The notes under the pieces were generated by a model that worked only from the letters and a program-made list of their open reading frames with translations, ran no database searches and had not been told where the DNA came from. A program made the position numbers and the translations under genes. From positions 1 through 21,322 of the forward strand of contig JAXGJB010000045.1 of assembly GCA_040770465.1 (NCBI GenBank): a stretch of DNA of 21,322 bases, in the 5' to 3' direction. Below are positions 1 to 8,816 of the stretch, piece after piece (position 1 is the first letter of the stretch; every line of letters begins with the position of its first letter). The DNA comes from Methanothrix sp. GTDB taxonomy: Archaea > Halobacteriota > Methanosarcinia > Methanotrichales > Methanotrichaceae.

Positions 1-110
1 TGCCTTCTCTTCATCATTTATCCCGGCCGTAGGATGGATCGGGCCATCTCTCTTCAGGGGTTCTGACGGGCGGCGGAAAGATCGCCATCGTACCTTCGAA
101 ACTCGGCGGC

Positions 111-140
111 TCCGATCCTATCTTTTCCGATCCTATCTTT
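111..140. repeat. Perfect tandem duplication of a 15-bp unit (TCCGATCCTATCTTT x2)
   Basis: 111-125 and 126-140 are identical; the duplication is in the intergenic region upstream of hdrE. Confidence 0.9.
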
Positions 141-295
141 TATGCATCCTGCGTCGACTTGCTGCGTCGTCGTCCTTTTGGGATCAAGAGTCGTTCGTCG
201 GCACTCAGATGACGTGATCGGGAACGTTTCTGTACTGGCCCGCAAAGCTCGAAAGATCCGCTGGCAATATTATTCCAAGCCCAAAATGACCAGAA

Positions 296-312
296 GGGAA
301 CGTTTAAGTATT
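296..312 (+). promoter_or_regulatory. Putative archaeal BRE/TATA promoter of hdrED
   Basis: Purine-rich GGGAACG followed by TTTAAGTA (303-310), about 80 nt upstream of the hdrE ATG; AGGAGG RBS just before 391. Confidence 0.5.
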
Positions 313-390
313 AGTTTCTCAGGTAGGTTACTCTCAAATGAAAAGGATGGTCGGATGGAGTCGGTAGTGGTTTGAAAAGGAGGAAATAAT

Positions 391-1143
391 ATGGCGTTTT
401 ACACCCTTGGTCTCACCTTTTGGATAGTGATCGCCCTTACCGTTGTGGTATTGGGATTCTGGATCTATGGCCTCTACTTTAACTTTAAGAAGTGGGGGAT
501 GGGATCCACCGGTTATCAGGACGAGCTGCGACACAGCTTCTGGCTATTTATCGCGACATGGATTCATGAAGCTTTCAAATCCGGCATTTGGGTATTCGTA
601 AAGACCCTCATCCTCGACGTGCTCCTTCTCAGGCGGACTCTCAGGAGGAGCCCCGTGAGATGGGTCATGCACATGACGATTTTCTACGGGTTTTTGACCC
701 TGGCCGCCCTCTCAGGCCTCGGCCTCTTCATGGACATAATCGAGCACTTCAACGTCCTGGGGCTCGCCCACCAGGCTGAGATGGTCAAGGGCTATATGGA
801 GCTGCCCTTCGACATCTTCGGCTACCTGCTCCTCTTCGGAGCCACCGTAGGGGTTCTCAGGAGGATATTCCTCCGGGAGGTCAGATCCAGGACCTCGGCC
901 TACGACGTGGTCCTCCTCGGCGGAGTATTTCTGATCACCATCACCGGCTTCTATGCGGAGTGGCTGCGAGGCAACTCCTTCCTCATCGGAGACGCCTTCG
1001 CCAACCCCATATATGCGCCCCACTTCTCCCTGCTCCACACGATACTGGCGCTGCTGCTCTTCGTCGCGATCCTTCCCTACAGCAAGTACATGCACGTAAT
1101 AGCCGCACCGCTGACGATTCTCGCAAACAGAGGAGGCGAATAA
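391..1143 (+). CDS. hdrE: CoB-CoM heterodisulfide reductase subunit E (membrane cytochrome b, NarI-like)
   Basis: Several hydrophobic TM segments; candidate heme-ligand His in RWVMHMTIFYG, LLHTILA and PYSKYMHVIAAP; directly upstream of hdrD. Confidence 0.9.
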   Translation: MAFYTLGLTFWIVIALTVVVLGFWIYGLYFNFKKWGMGSTGYQDELRHSFWLFIATWIHEAFKSGIWVFVKTLILDVLLLRRTLRRSPVRWVMHMTIFYGFLTLAALSGLGLFMDIIEHFNVLGLAHQAEMVKGYMELPFDIFGYLLLFGATVGVLRRIFLREVRSRTSAYDVVLLGGVFLITITGFYAEWLRGNSFLIGDAFANPIYAPHFSLLHTILALLLFVAILPYSKYMHVIAAPLTILANRGGE

Positions 1144-1144
1144 G

Positions 1145-2518
1145 ATGGCAGAAGAGAAACAAAGTCCCGCAGGAAAGCCCCTCATATCAGGATACCTCAT
1201 GTCCACCCAGCTCATGGAGCTGGACGGATGCACCCGATGTCAGGAGTGCATGAAGTGGTGTCCCACCTATGATGTTTACAAGGACCGACCCGAGATCACC
1301 CCCATGTACAAGATCGCCAAGTTCAGGGAGCTTCTGGGAAGTCAGTACGGCCTTAGAGCGAAGCTCTTCGGCGCCAAGCCTTTGAACGAGGACGAGATCA
1401 ACCAGTTCAAAGACGACACCTACATGTGCACCACCTGTGGCGTCTGCGGCACGGTCTGCGAGTCGGGGATCAACACCGTAGAGCTGTGGGAGGCCATACG
1501 GCCCAACATAGTTGTGAGAGGAAACGGTCCTTGGGGCAAACAGTCCTTCTTCCCCATGCTTCTCGGGAAAGACAAAAATCCCTATCAGGCAAAGCAGGAG
1601 GATCGACTATGCTGGGTCCCCAAGGATGCCACGGTTCTGGAGTCCTCTGAGATCGCTTACTTCGCGGGCTGCACTGCAGCTTATCGGCAGCAGGCTCTTG
1701 GAGTGGCTACGGTCAGAATCCTCAACGCTCTGGATATACCCTTCTGCATGCTGGGCAAAGACGAGTGGTGCTGCTCCTCGGCCCTTGTCAGGACTGGCCA
1801 AAGGCCAATTATGCGAGATCATGCCGTCCACAACGTCGACGCCATCAAGGACAGAGGCGTCAAGACCGTCGTTTACGCATGCGCAGGGTGCCTGAGGACC
1901 GCCACCGTCGACTGGCCCCGGTGGTACGAGGGTTACATCCCCTACAAGAACGTCCCCCTGGCAGTTTACCTGAGGGAGAAGATCCAGAACGGCGAGGTGG
2001 AGTGGAAACGGGCCCTCAACGACTTGAACGTCACCTTCCACGACCCCTGCCACTCGGGAAGGCACCTGATGCACATCAACGGAAGGGATTGGGCCTTCGA
2101 GGCGCCAAGGGACGTCTACAACTCGATACCCGGCCTCAACTACAAGGAGATGACCAGATCGCGAGAGCTCCAGAGGTGCTGCGGAGCCGGTGGCGGCGTC
2201 AAGGCAGGACAGCCCGACCTCGCCCTGGGCTGCGCCATGGCGAGGGTCGGAGATGGCCAGGCCGTTAACGCTGACGTGATCTCCAGCACATGCCCCTTCT
2301 GCAGGCGTAACATCATGGACGGCAGAAACGAGATGAAGTCGGATATCAAGGTCGCAGACCAGGTAGAGCTGATGGCCGCCGCCATGGGCCTCGACGTGAC
2401 GATCCCCGACAACCCCTACATGCAATACCAGGAGCAGGACGAGATCCTCTGCAAGGGCGAGGTCTGCCAGCTGGAGGAGATCGCCGAGACGAAAGCGCAA
2501 GACGTGGATGCCTATTAA
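1145..2518 (+). CDS. hdrD: CoB-CoM heterodisulfide reductase subunit D (2x[4Fe-4S] plus two CCG domains)
   Basis: QLMELDGCTRCQECMKWCPTY and CTTCGVCGTVCESGI ferredoxin motifs; CCG domains FAGC..EWCCSS..ACAGC and FHDPCH..RCCGAGGG..TCPFC. Confidence 0.93.
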   Translation: MAEEKQSPAGKPLISGYLMSTQLMELDGCTRCQECMKWCPTYDVYKDRPEITPMYKIAKFRELLGSQYGLRAKLFGAKPLNEDEINQFKDDTYMCTTCGVCGTVCESGINTVELWEAIRPNIVVRGNGPWGKQSFFPMLLGKDKNPYQAKQEDRLCWVPKDATVLESSEIAYFAGCTAAYRQQALGVATVRILNALDIPFCMLGKDEWCCSSALVRTGQRPIMRDHAVHNVDAIKDRGVKTVVYACAGCLRTATVDWPRWYEGYIPYKNVPLAVYLREKIQNGEVEWKRALNDLNVTFHDPCHSGRHLMHINGRDWAFEAPRDVYNSIPGLNYKEMTRSRELQRCCGAGGGVKAGQPDLALGCAMARVGDGQAVNADVISSTCPFCRRNIMDGRNEMKSDIKVADQVELMAAAMGLDVTIPDNPYMQYQEQDEILCKGEVCQLEEIAETKAQDVDAY

Positions 2519-2530
2519 GCGGGCACCATC

Positions 2531-2549
2531 TCTTTTTCCCTTTTTTCCC
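2531..2549 (+). terminator. Oligo-T terminator after hdrD
   Basis: TCTTTTTCCCTTTTTTCCC a few nt after the hdrD stop; typical archaeal U-tract. Confidence 0.55.
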
Positions 2550-2624
2550 GGCAAAATTCTGCTCTTCCCAGAAGAGCCGGATATTAAATTGGATTTAAAA
2601 AATAGTTAACAGATTTTCGGCATT

Positions 2625-3242
2625 TTAGCCTATCACCTGTTCCATCTTGACGGTTACAACGCTTCCAGGCGCTATGGGCACGGCCTCTCTTACCTCTCCA
2701 GGGATGGTGATCCGCCCCTCTTCGTCCACCCGGCTGGAGAAGTCGAACTTGTCTACAACCTCTTTTATCCTCTCTATCGGCTTGTTCTCTGAGTCCAGCA
2801 CATGCCTGAGCCTGATGGAGACCACGTCGCCGGAGTCGATACCAGCAGAGCTTCTGATAACTCCAGGGATGGTGATCCGCCCTTCTGCATCCACCTTGTC
2901 GAGGAACTCGTATTTATAAGCGGGCTGCTTCTTCTCCTCCCTCAATACGTGTTCTATGCTGGCAGATACAGTGAACCCAGGAGACGCGCCTGAAGATCTG
3001 ACTGTCATCTCGGGGATCCTGACGAAACCCTCACCGTCGACCTGGTCTGTAAATTCAAAATATTCTGGCATTCTTGGCTGGATTTCGATGGTCTTTCGCT
3101 CTTTGTCCAGGATGGGCCTCATCTTGATGGTGACTATGCTGTCCGCCAGAGCTCCGGAAGCTTTCTGCAGATCGGCAGGAATTCTGATCCGGCATTCCCC
3201 ATCGACTTCCGCCTCGAATTCGAATTTCTCTACCTCGCTCAT
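2625..3242 (-). CDS. Protein with four tandem AbrB/MazE/SpoVT-like DNA-binding repeats
   Basis: Four copies of a [FY]xF..xVDxEGxIxIP..V/IR...G...G..V.. motif (e.g. VDAEGRITIPGVIR, VDEEGRITIPGEVR). Confidence 0.8.
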   Translation of the reverse strand: MSEVEKFEFEAEVDGECRIRIPADLQKASGALADSIVTIKMRPILDKERKTIEIQPRMPEYFEFTDQVDGEGFVRIPEMTVRSSGASPGFTVSASIEHVLREEKKQPAYKYEFLDKVDAEGRITIPGVIRSSAGIDSGDVVSIRLRHVLDSENKPIERIKEVVDKFDFSSRVDEEGRITIPGEVREAVPIAPGSVVTVKMEQVIG

Positions 3243-3326
3243 AATTATACTTTAATGGCTGACGTGTATTTAAAATTTGCATCAGGCTTGGATTAATGGC
3301 GGAGGATGTGATCTCGATAATCGAGA

Positions 3327-3932
3327 TCACAGCACGGGCCTTGAGTAGATGGTGTCCCTGGAGTAGCTGATGACCTGGACCTCTCTAGCTTTCGGAGCCT
3401 CCTCGACCGCGGGCGTCATCGTCTCCTCCTCGAAGTCGGAGATACCTCCCGAGACGGCGGGGGCGAAGGATAGGGGCTCGGACGATGCCGGCTCGTAGAG
3501 GGAGGTCTCGGGGCTCGTCAAAGTGGCGGAGAAACTCCCCTTCCATCCCGACCCTGTCTCGTCGGAGCAGACGAAGGTTCCCGCAAGACTGCCCGAATCG
3601 TTGTACGCGCCGGTCAACCTTGCGACCGTAAGAGGATGCTGAACCAGGAGAACCTGAAGGTCGAGGCTCCCATCCTCAAAGCGTCCCGTCACCAGCCCGT
3701 TCCAGGGGTCGGGGGTCTCGCCGGTGCAGACCCCCGAAATGGCAGGCCCCATCATGAAGATGGCCGCCGAAAACTCCGCCAGGGGGAGGGGGTCGGCGGA
3801 GGTAAGATCTTCATCGCACCGGAAGGCCCACAGCCCCGTCAGGTCGGGATCAGCATCGACGGTGCCGATGCATAAGATCACAGCCAGAGCTGCCGGGATC
3901 AGGTGGAGATTTTTGGTCATTGGTCTTATCAT
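3327..3932 (-). CDS. Hypothetical secreted/surface protein (start ATG 3932 or 3920)
   Basis: N-terminal signal-like segment LHLIPAALAVILCIGTVDA; beta-rich body (DLTGLW, PWNGLVTG, WKGSFSA). The ORF-track extension to 4070 overlaps the divergent HD gene. Confidence 0.7.
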   Translation of the reverse strand: MIRPMTKNLHLIPAALAVILCIGTVDADPDLTGLWAFRCDEDLTSADPLPLAEFSAAIFMMGPAISGVCTGETPDPWNGLVTGRFEDGSLDLQVLLVQHPLTVARLTGAYNDSGSLAGTFVCSDETGSGWKGSFSATLTSPETSLYEPASSEPLSFAPAVSGGISDFEEETMTPAVEEAPKAREVQVISYSRDTIYSRPVL

Positions 3933-3999
3933 ATGGGGGCCGGATCTATTAAAGGCTGCGGAAAGGGTAAATTTAGAGAGGGAGAACGGAACGTCTAGG

Positions 4000-5193
4000 A
4001 TGACCACCATAAGGGATCCAATCCACGGATACGTCGAACTCGACCACCTCGCCACCGATCTCATCGACACCCGCGAGATGCAGAGGCTGAGATGGATAAA
4101 GCAGCTGGGGCTTGCTAGCCTCGTCTACCCCGGCGCCAACCACACCCGGTTTGAGCACAGCCTGGGAGCATACCACCTCTCGGTCCTTCTCGCCCGCCAC
4201 CTCGACCTCGGTGAGCAGGAGTCGGCGGAGATCCGGGCAGCGGCTCTCCTCCACGACATCGGCCACGGCCCCTTCTCCCACGTCACCGAGCGGGCCCTCT
4301 CGACCTATCTTCGGGAAGAGCACGAGAACGTGGCAGATCGGCTGAAGAGAGGAGAGGTGGGGGACGTTCTGGCCGACCACGGCCTTTTGCCCCACCGGAT
4401 CCAGAGGCTGATCAGGGGGATGACACCTCTCGGACAGATGGTGAGCGGGGAGGTGGACGTCGATCGGATGGACTACCTGACCCGGGACGCCCACTATACC
4501 GGCGTCGCCTACGGCGTCATAGACTATCAGAGGCTGATGGAGACGATGATCATAAGGGACGGCAGCCTCGTCCTGGAGGAGGGGGGGGTCCACGCCGCCG
4601 AGTCCCTCCTGGTATCGAGGCTTTTGATGTACCCGACGGTATACTTCCACCACGTATCGAGGATCGCCCAGAAGATGCTGGACGTCGGCGTCCGGGTGAT
4701 GGTGGAAGAGGGGGCCGACCCCCGGAAGATCAGGAATATGGACGACATCGAGCTTGTGGCGGCCATGACCTCTGTCGGAGGCTACCCCGGAGAGATCATC
4801 GAAAGGATCAGGTCCAGGCATCTCTTCAAGAGGGCGGTTTACGTCGGCAGGGACCGGCTCGAATCGCCGACGATAATCGATCGGGGACGGGAGGGGAGGA
4901 TCGCCGAGGAGATCGCTGAGATTGCGGGGATCGATCCACTCCAAGTTCTCGTCGACAAGCCGGGGCTTCCTCAGATCTCCGAGGGGAACGTCGCCATCGT
5001 CGGGCAGGACGGGGAGAAGAAGCCCCTCCGGGAGGTCTCGCCCCTCGTCACCATCATGGAGAGAGCTCACCTCGCCGCCTGGAGGCTCGGGGTCTACACC
5101 ACCGAGGAGAACCGGGAGAAGGTTAAGAAGGCGGCCATTAGCCATCTCAACATCGGCAAAAGCCCCGTCCAGCACACCTTCGAAGACCTCTGA
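4000..5193 (+). CDS. HD-domain phosphohydrolase (COG1078, dNTP triphosphohydrolase/SAMHD1-like)
   Basis: IRDPIHG, QRLRWIKQLG, YPGANHTRFEHSLG, LLHDIGHGPFSH and DVDRMDYL motifs; family start MTTIRDP is at ATG 4000. Confidence 0.9.
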   Translation: MTTIRDPIHGYVELDHLATDLIDTREMQRLRWIKQLGLASLVYPGANHTRFEHSLGAYHLSVLLARHLDLGEQESAEIRAAALLHDIGHGPFSHVTERALSTYLREEHENVADRLKRGEVGDVLADHGLLPHRIQRLIRGMTPLGQMVSGEVDVDRMDYLTRDAHYTGVAYGVIDYQRLMETMIIRDGSLVLEEGGVHAAESLLVSRLLMYPTVYFHHVSRIAQKMLDVGVRVMVEEGADPRKIRNMDDIELVAAMTSVGGYPGEIIERIRSRHLFKRAVYVGRDRLESPTIIDRGREGRIAEEIAEIAGIDPLQVLVDKPGLPQISEGNVAIVGQDGEKKPLREVSPLVTIMERAHLAAWRLGVYTTEENREKVKKAAISHLNIGKSPVQHTFEDL

Positions 5194-5294
5194 GGAATGG
5201 TTACCTATCGACTCTGAAGGGAAAGGCCTCCTCTTGACCGGTCCGGAAGGTTCCGGGACAACCTTTAAGTCGGTCCAAGAAGGAGGAAAGGGGG

Positions 5295-5708
5295 ATGGTC
5301 GCCGTTGACAACAGGATGATAGTCAAGACGGTTCAGTCGATGAACCAGCACCTTCCCGGCAGGAGAAAGAAGCTCACCGACCTTCTAAAAGAGGAGAAGC
5401 CCGGGGTCCGGGGCAAGGACAACACATTTTACATCACGGACAAAAAGGAGCTGAAGGTCATCTCCGAGTCCGTCCCACGGTATCTCTGGGACCGGCTCAG
5501 GCTTCCCATTCTGATCGAGATGGCTCCTCAATACGGGAGCGGCTCGGCCCGGGTCCAGGGGGAGGCGGAATGCATCCTCGTGAAAAAGCTCCTCAATATC
5601 GATCGGGGCGACCGGAAGATGGTGATCATCTACATGCCGGAGATAAGGGAGCTGAGGCGTCACCTGCCAACCACCAGCCAGTACGCCTTCATCATGGCCC
5701 TGGACTGA
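5295..5708 (+). CDS. DUF61/UPF0216 family archaeal protein
   Basis: MNQHLP.RRK.L..LL.E..P and LRLPILIE...LRR.LPTT.QY.F patterns typical of the family; GGAGG RBS. Confidence 0.75.
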   Translation: MVAVDNRMIVKTVQSMNQHLPGRRKKLTDLLKEEKPGVRGKDNTFYITDKKELKVISESVPRYLWDRLRLPILIEMAPQYGSGSARVQGEAECILVKKLLNIDRGDRKMVIIYMPEIRELRRHLPTTSQYAFIMALD

Positions 5709-5764
5709 GGTTGCTATCATTTTTATAGGATGCCGTTATATTATAGCCTTTGAGGTGTTTGACG

Positions 5765-6325
5765 ATGGCTGAGAAAGCTCGGGCAGAGGCCGTCAGGCTC
5801 TTCGAGGAGAAGATGGCCCAGGGCCGGTATAAGGAGGCAGCGAAGATCAGGGAGGATCACTCCCTTCCTTCTGAGCCTCTCTCCGACGCCGTGACGAGAG
5901 AGTACAAGCGGCTCTTGAACCTCGGCGAGCACTCCCTTGCAGCAGACCTGGCGAAGGAGTACGACCTTCCGAAGAAGCTGGTGGCTGACGCTGCGGCCCG
6001 GTCATTTGCGAGGAAGGTCGACGGCGAGCACTACAAGGCCGCGGCAGAGTACGCGAAGAAGTTCGACCTCCCCCCGGAGATGGTCAGGGAGGCGGCGGTC
6101 CAGGCTTTCAAGAAGAGCATGGACTATGGCCTCACCAAGAACGCCGCCGAGATCGCGGTCCAGTTCGAGCTTCCCGACTATATGAAGATCGAGGCGGCCG
6201 AGAAGGCTTACCGTTCGCATATGGACTCGGGCCTCTACAACAATGCCCTGAAGATAGCCCGTAAGTACGAGCTATCTGAAGACCTCGTCCGGGAAGCTGA
6301 GACGAAGGCGAAAGGTCGCAGGTGA
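5765..6325 (+). CDS. Hypothetical alpha-helical repeat protein (five 34-aa TPR-like repeats)
   Basis: [YF]xLP motif recurs exactly every 34 residues; GAGGTG RBS before ATG 5765; 3 nt from thiD. Confidence 0.8.
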   Translation: MAEKARAEAVRLFEEKMAQGRYKEAAKIREDHSLPSEPLSDAVTREYKRLLNLGEHSLAADLAKEYDLPKKLVADAAARSFARKVDGEHYKAAAEYAKKFDLPPEMVREAAVQAFKKSMDYGLTKNAAEIAVQFELPDYMKIEAAEKAYRSHMDSGLYNNALKIARKYELSEDLVREAETKAKGRR

Positions 6326-6328
6326 AGT

Positions 6329-7693
6329 ATGGAGAGAGTCCTTCTCACAGTGGGAGGGTCCGACTCCTCCGGGGGGGCCGGGATCCAGGCCGACATCAAG
6401 ACCTTTGGAGCCCTCGGCTTCCACGGTACCTCGGCGATCACCGCGGTGACGGCCCAAAACACCCTGGGCGTCAGATCGGTCCATCCCGTGCCCCCCGAAG
6501 TCGTCGGCGCCCAGCTGGAGGCCCTCATCGACGACTTCGAGATCTCCGCCGCCAAGACGGGGATGCTCCACAACGGAGAGATCGTCGAGGTTGCGGCCGG
6601 ATTCTTCGAGAGGGCGAATATCCCTCTTGTGGTGGACCCGGTGATCGAGGCCGAGGCCGGTGGCCGGCTCCTCTCGTCCCCGGCCCTCGATCTCCTCTGC
6701 GAGAGGTTGATACCCATCGCCACGGTCGCGACCCCCAACATATTCGAGGCCGAGGCGATCACCGGCATAATGGTCTCCGACGAAGAGAGCGCCGTTCTGG
6801 CCGGGCAGGCGATCCTGGACCTGGGGGCTGAAGCCGCCATCATCACCGGCGGCCATCTCGATGGAGACGACGTTCTCGTATCGGACGAAGGGCATCGCGT
6901 CATCCGGGGCGAGAGGGTGGCAGGAGGAAACCACGGTGTGGGATGCACCTACTCTGCAGCCTTGACCTCGCTACTGGCAAAGGGCGAAAGGCTGGAGACG
7001 GCGGCGGTGCTCGCGAAGAAGTTTGCTGCGGCCTCGGTCCAGAGGAGCACTGCGGTCGGCGGGGGCGCATCCCCGGTGAACCCCCTGGGCGGGGTACTGG
7101 AGGTGGCGGAGAGGTGCTCCGTCCTGACGGATCTGGAGAGGGGGATTTCTATCCTCTCCGGCGAGCCCGCCATCATCCGTCTGATCCCTGAGGTGGGATC
7201 GAACCTCGGGATGGCAATCTTCGGCGCCTCGGGCCCCGAGGACGTCGCCGCCGTCGAGGGGAGGTTCGTGAAGGCGGGCTCGAAGGTCAGAGCTTGCGGT
7301 TCAGTGAAGTTCGGAGCAAGCCGCCACGTCGCCAGGGTCCTCTTATCGGCGATGAGCTTCGATCCCCAGACGAGGGCGGCGATGAACGTGAGGTTCGGCG
7401 AGGACGTTCTGGAGACGATCCAAACCCTCGAATTGACTTCGTCCCATTTTCGCCGGGAGGACGAGCCCGCAGGCTCGAAGACGATGAGCTGGGGGACGGA
7501 GGATGCGATACGCCGCTTCAGGTCCTCGCCTGAGTTCGAGGATCAGCCGTCCCGTCCCGTACCTCAGGTCATCTGGGACCGGGGCGGGCCCGGAAAGGAG
7601 CCGATGGTCAGGCTTCTGGGCAGGTCGGCGGTCGAGGTGGCGAATCTGGCGGTCGAGATCGCCAGGAGCCTTCAATCAGACGGGAACCTATAA
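6329..7693 (+). CDS. thiD: Bifunctional HMP/HMP-P kinase fused to a ThiN thiamine-phosphate synthase domain (ThiDN)
   Basis: GSDSSGGAGIQADIKT, TAVTAQNT, VVDPV, TPNIFEAE and HGVGCTYSAA; C-terminal ThiN motifs LIPEVGSN, FGASRHVAR and DRGGPGKEPM. Confidence 0.93.
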   Translation: MERVLLTVGGSDSSGGAGIQADIKTFGALGFHGTSAITAVTAQNTLGVRSVHPVPPEVVGAQLEALIDDFEISAAKTGMLHNGEIVEVAAGFFERANIPLVVDPVIEAEAGGRLLSSPALDLLCERLIPIATVATPNIFEAEAITGIMVSDEESAVLAGQAILDLGAEAAIITGGHLDGDDVLVSDEGHRVIRGERVAGGNHGVGCTYSAALTSLLAKGERLETAAVLAKKFAAASVQRSTAVGGGASPVNPLGGVLEVAERCSVLTDLERGISILSGEPAIIRLIPEVGSNLGMAIFGASGPEDVAAVEGRFVKAGSKVRACGSVKFGASRHVARVLLSAMSFDPQTRAAMNVRFGEDVLETIQTLELTSSHFRREDEPAGSKTMSWGTEDAIRRFRSSPEFEDQPSRPVPQVIWDRGGPGKEPMVRLLGRSAVEVANLAVEIARSLQSDGNL

Positions 7694-7743
7694 ATTGAAG
7701 TTTGATGCTTTTACATTGCGGTTCTTTATTTGGAGTGTCCTAT

Positions 7744-7935
7744 ATGGGAAGCGTAAAGCCTAACTACATCAAGAATTTTGCAGATGACCTGATGAAGACC
7801 TACCACGGGTCCTTCAACAACGATTTCGAGCATAACAAGGATATGGTCTCCTCTTACACCGACATCAAGAACAAGACCATACGTAACCGAGTCGCGGGCT
7901 ACATAACCCGCAAAGTCCAGATCAGAGGAGAGTAG
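7744..7935 (+). CDS. rps17e: 30S ribosomal protein S17e
   Basis: MGSVKPNYIK...FNNDFEHNK...IRNRVAGYITR; candidate TATA (CTATAAAT) at ~7688. Confidence 0.95.
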   Translation: MGSVKPNYIKNFADDLMKTYHGSFNNDFEHNKDMVSSYTDIKNKTIRNRVAGYITRKVQIRGE

Positions 7936-7940
7936 TCTGG

Positions 7941-8816
7941 ATGTTTGAAGGTGTGCTGCCAGCCATCATCACCCCCTTCAAAGATGACGGAGAGGTGGAC
8001 GAGGAGGGCTTAAGGGGAAATATCGAGTTCTTCGGCGAGGCTGGCGTCTCCGGCATAGTCCCCTGCGGCACCACCGGCGAATCTGCTACGCTGACCTTCG
8101 AGGAGCACAAGAAGGTGGTGGAGGTTGCTGTAGATTCGTCAAAGGTGAAGGTGGTGGCTGGCACAGGCTCCAACAACACCCGCGAGGCTGTGGAGCTGAC
8201 AAAGCACGCCGAGGACGCGGGCGCCGACGCCGCCCTGCTGATCACCCCTTACTACAACAAGCCCAACGACCGGGGTATGCTGGCCCATTTCAGGACGGTG
8301 GCCGAGAGCTGCGACCTCCCCCTGATCCTCTACAACGTCCCAACGAGGACCAGCATCAACCTCAAACCCGAGCTGGTGGCCGAGCTTGCCAAGATCGAGA
8401 ACATCGTCGGCATCAAAGAGGCGAGCGGGAACCTCTCCCAGATCTCAAGCATCATCGAGATGACAAAAGACGAGGAGTTCGTGGTCCTCTCCGGGGACGA
8501 CGGACTCACCATCCCGATAATGGCCCTGGGAGGGAGTGGCGTCATATCGGTGGTGGCGGACATAGCTCCGAGGAAGATGGTGGCGATGGTGGATTCGATG
8601 CTCAAGGGCGACCTCGAGGCTGCAAGGAATATGCATTATAAGCTATCGCCCCTCGCCGGAGCGCTCTTCCTGGAGACAAACCCCATCCCCGTCAAGGCGG
8701 CATCGGGGATGATAGGGCTTGCCGCAGGTCCTCTGAGGCTGCCCCTCGCGCCGATGTCAGAGACGAACGAGAAGAAGCTGAAAGAGGCTGTAGACCTTCT
8801 GGGCGAGTTTGTATGA
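7941..8816 (+). CDS. dapA: 4-hydroxy-tetrahydrodipicolinate synthase
   Basis: ITPF, GTTGES, PYYNKP, LYNVPTRT, GIKEASG and ETNPIPVK motifs. Confidence 0.96.
   Translation: MFEGVLPAIITPFKDDGEVDEEGLRGNIEFFGEAGVSGIVPCGTTGESATLTFEEHKKVVEVAVDSSKVKVVAGTGSNNTREAVELTKHAEDAGADAALLITPYYNKPNDRGMLAHFRTVAESCDLPLILYNVPTRTSINLKPELVAELAKIENIVGIKEASGNLSQISSIIEMTKDEEFVVLSGDDGLTIPIMALGGSGVISVVADIAPRKMVAMVDSMLKGDLEAARNMHYKLSPLAGALFLETNPIPVKAASGMIGLAAGPLRLPLAPMSETNEKKLKEAVDLLGEFV

Noticed and set aside
1-17. Possible start of a minus-strand gene (ATGATGAAGAGAAGGCA) at the window edge
   Set aside because: Too little sequence to support a call.
1607-2554. Long antisense ORFs (also 3973..5175, 10787..11560, 17606..18535, 19265..19954)
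   Set aside because: These are shadow ORFs opposite well-supported genes, expected from GC-rich codon bias; no motifs seen.
3724-3999. 92-aa N-terminal extension of the HD hydrolase in the ORF track
   Set aside because: It overlaps the divergent secreted-protein gene and the promoter region; family similarity begins at MTTIRDP (ATG 4000).
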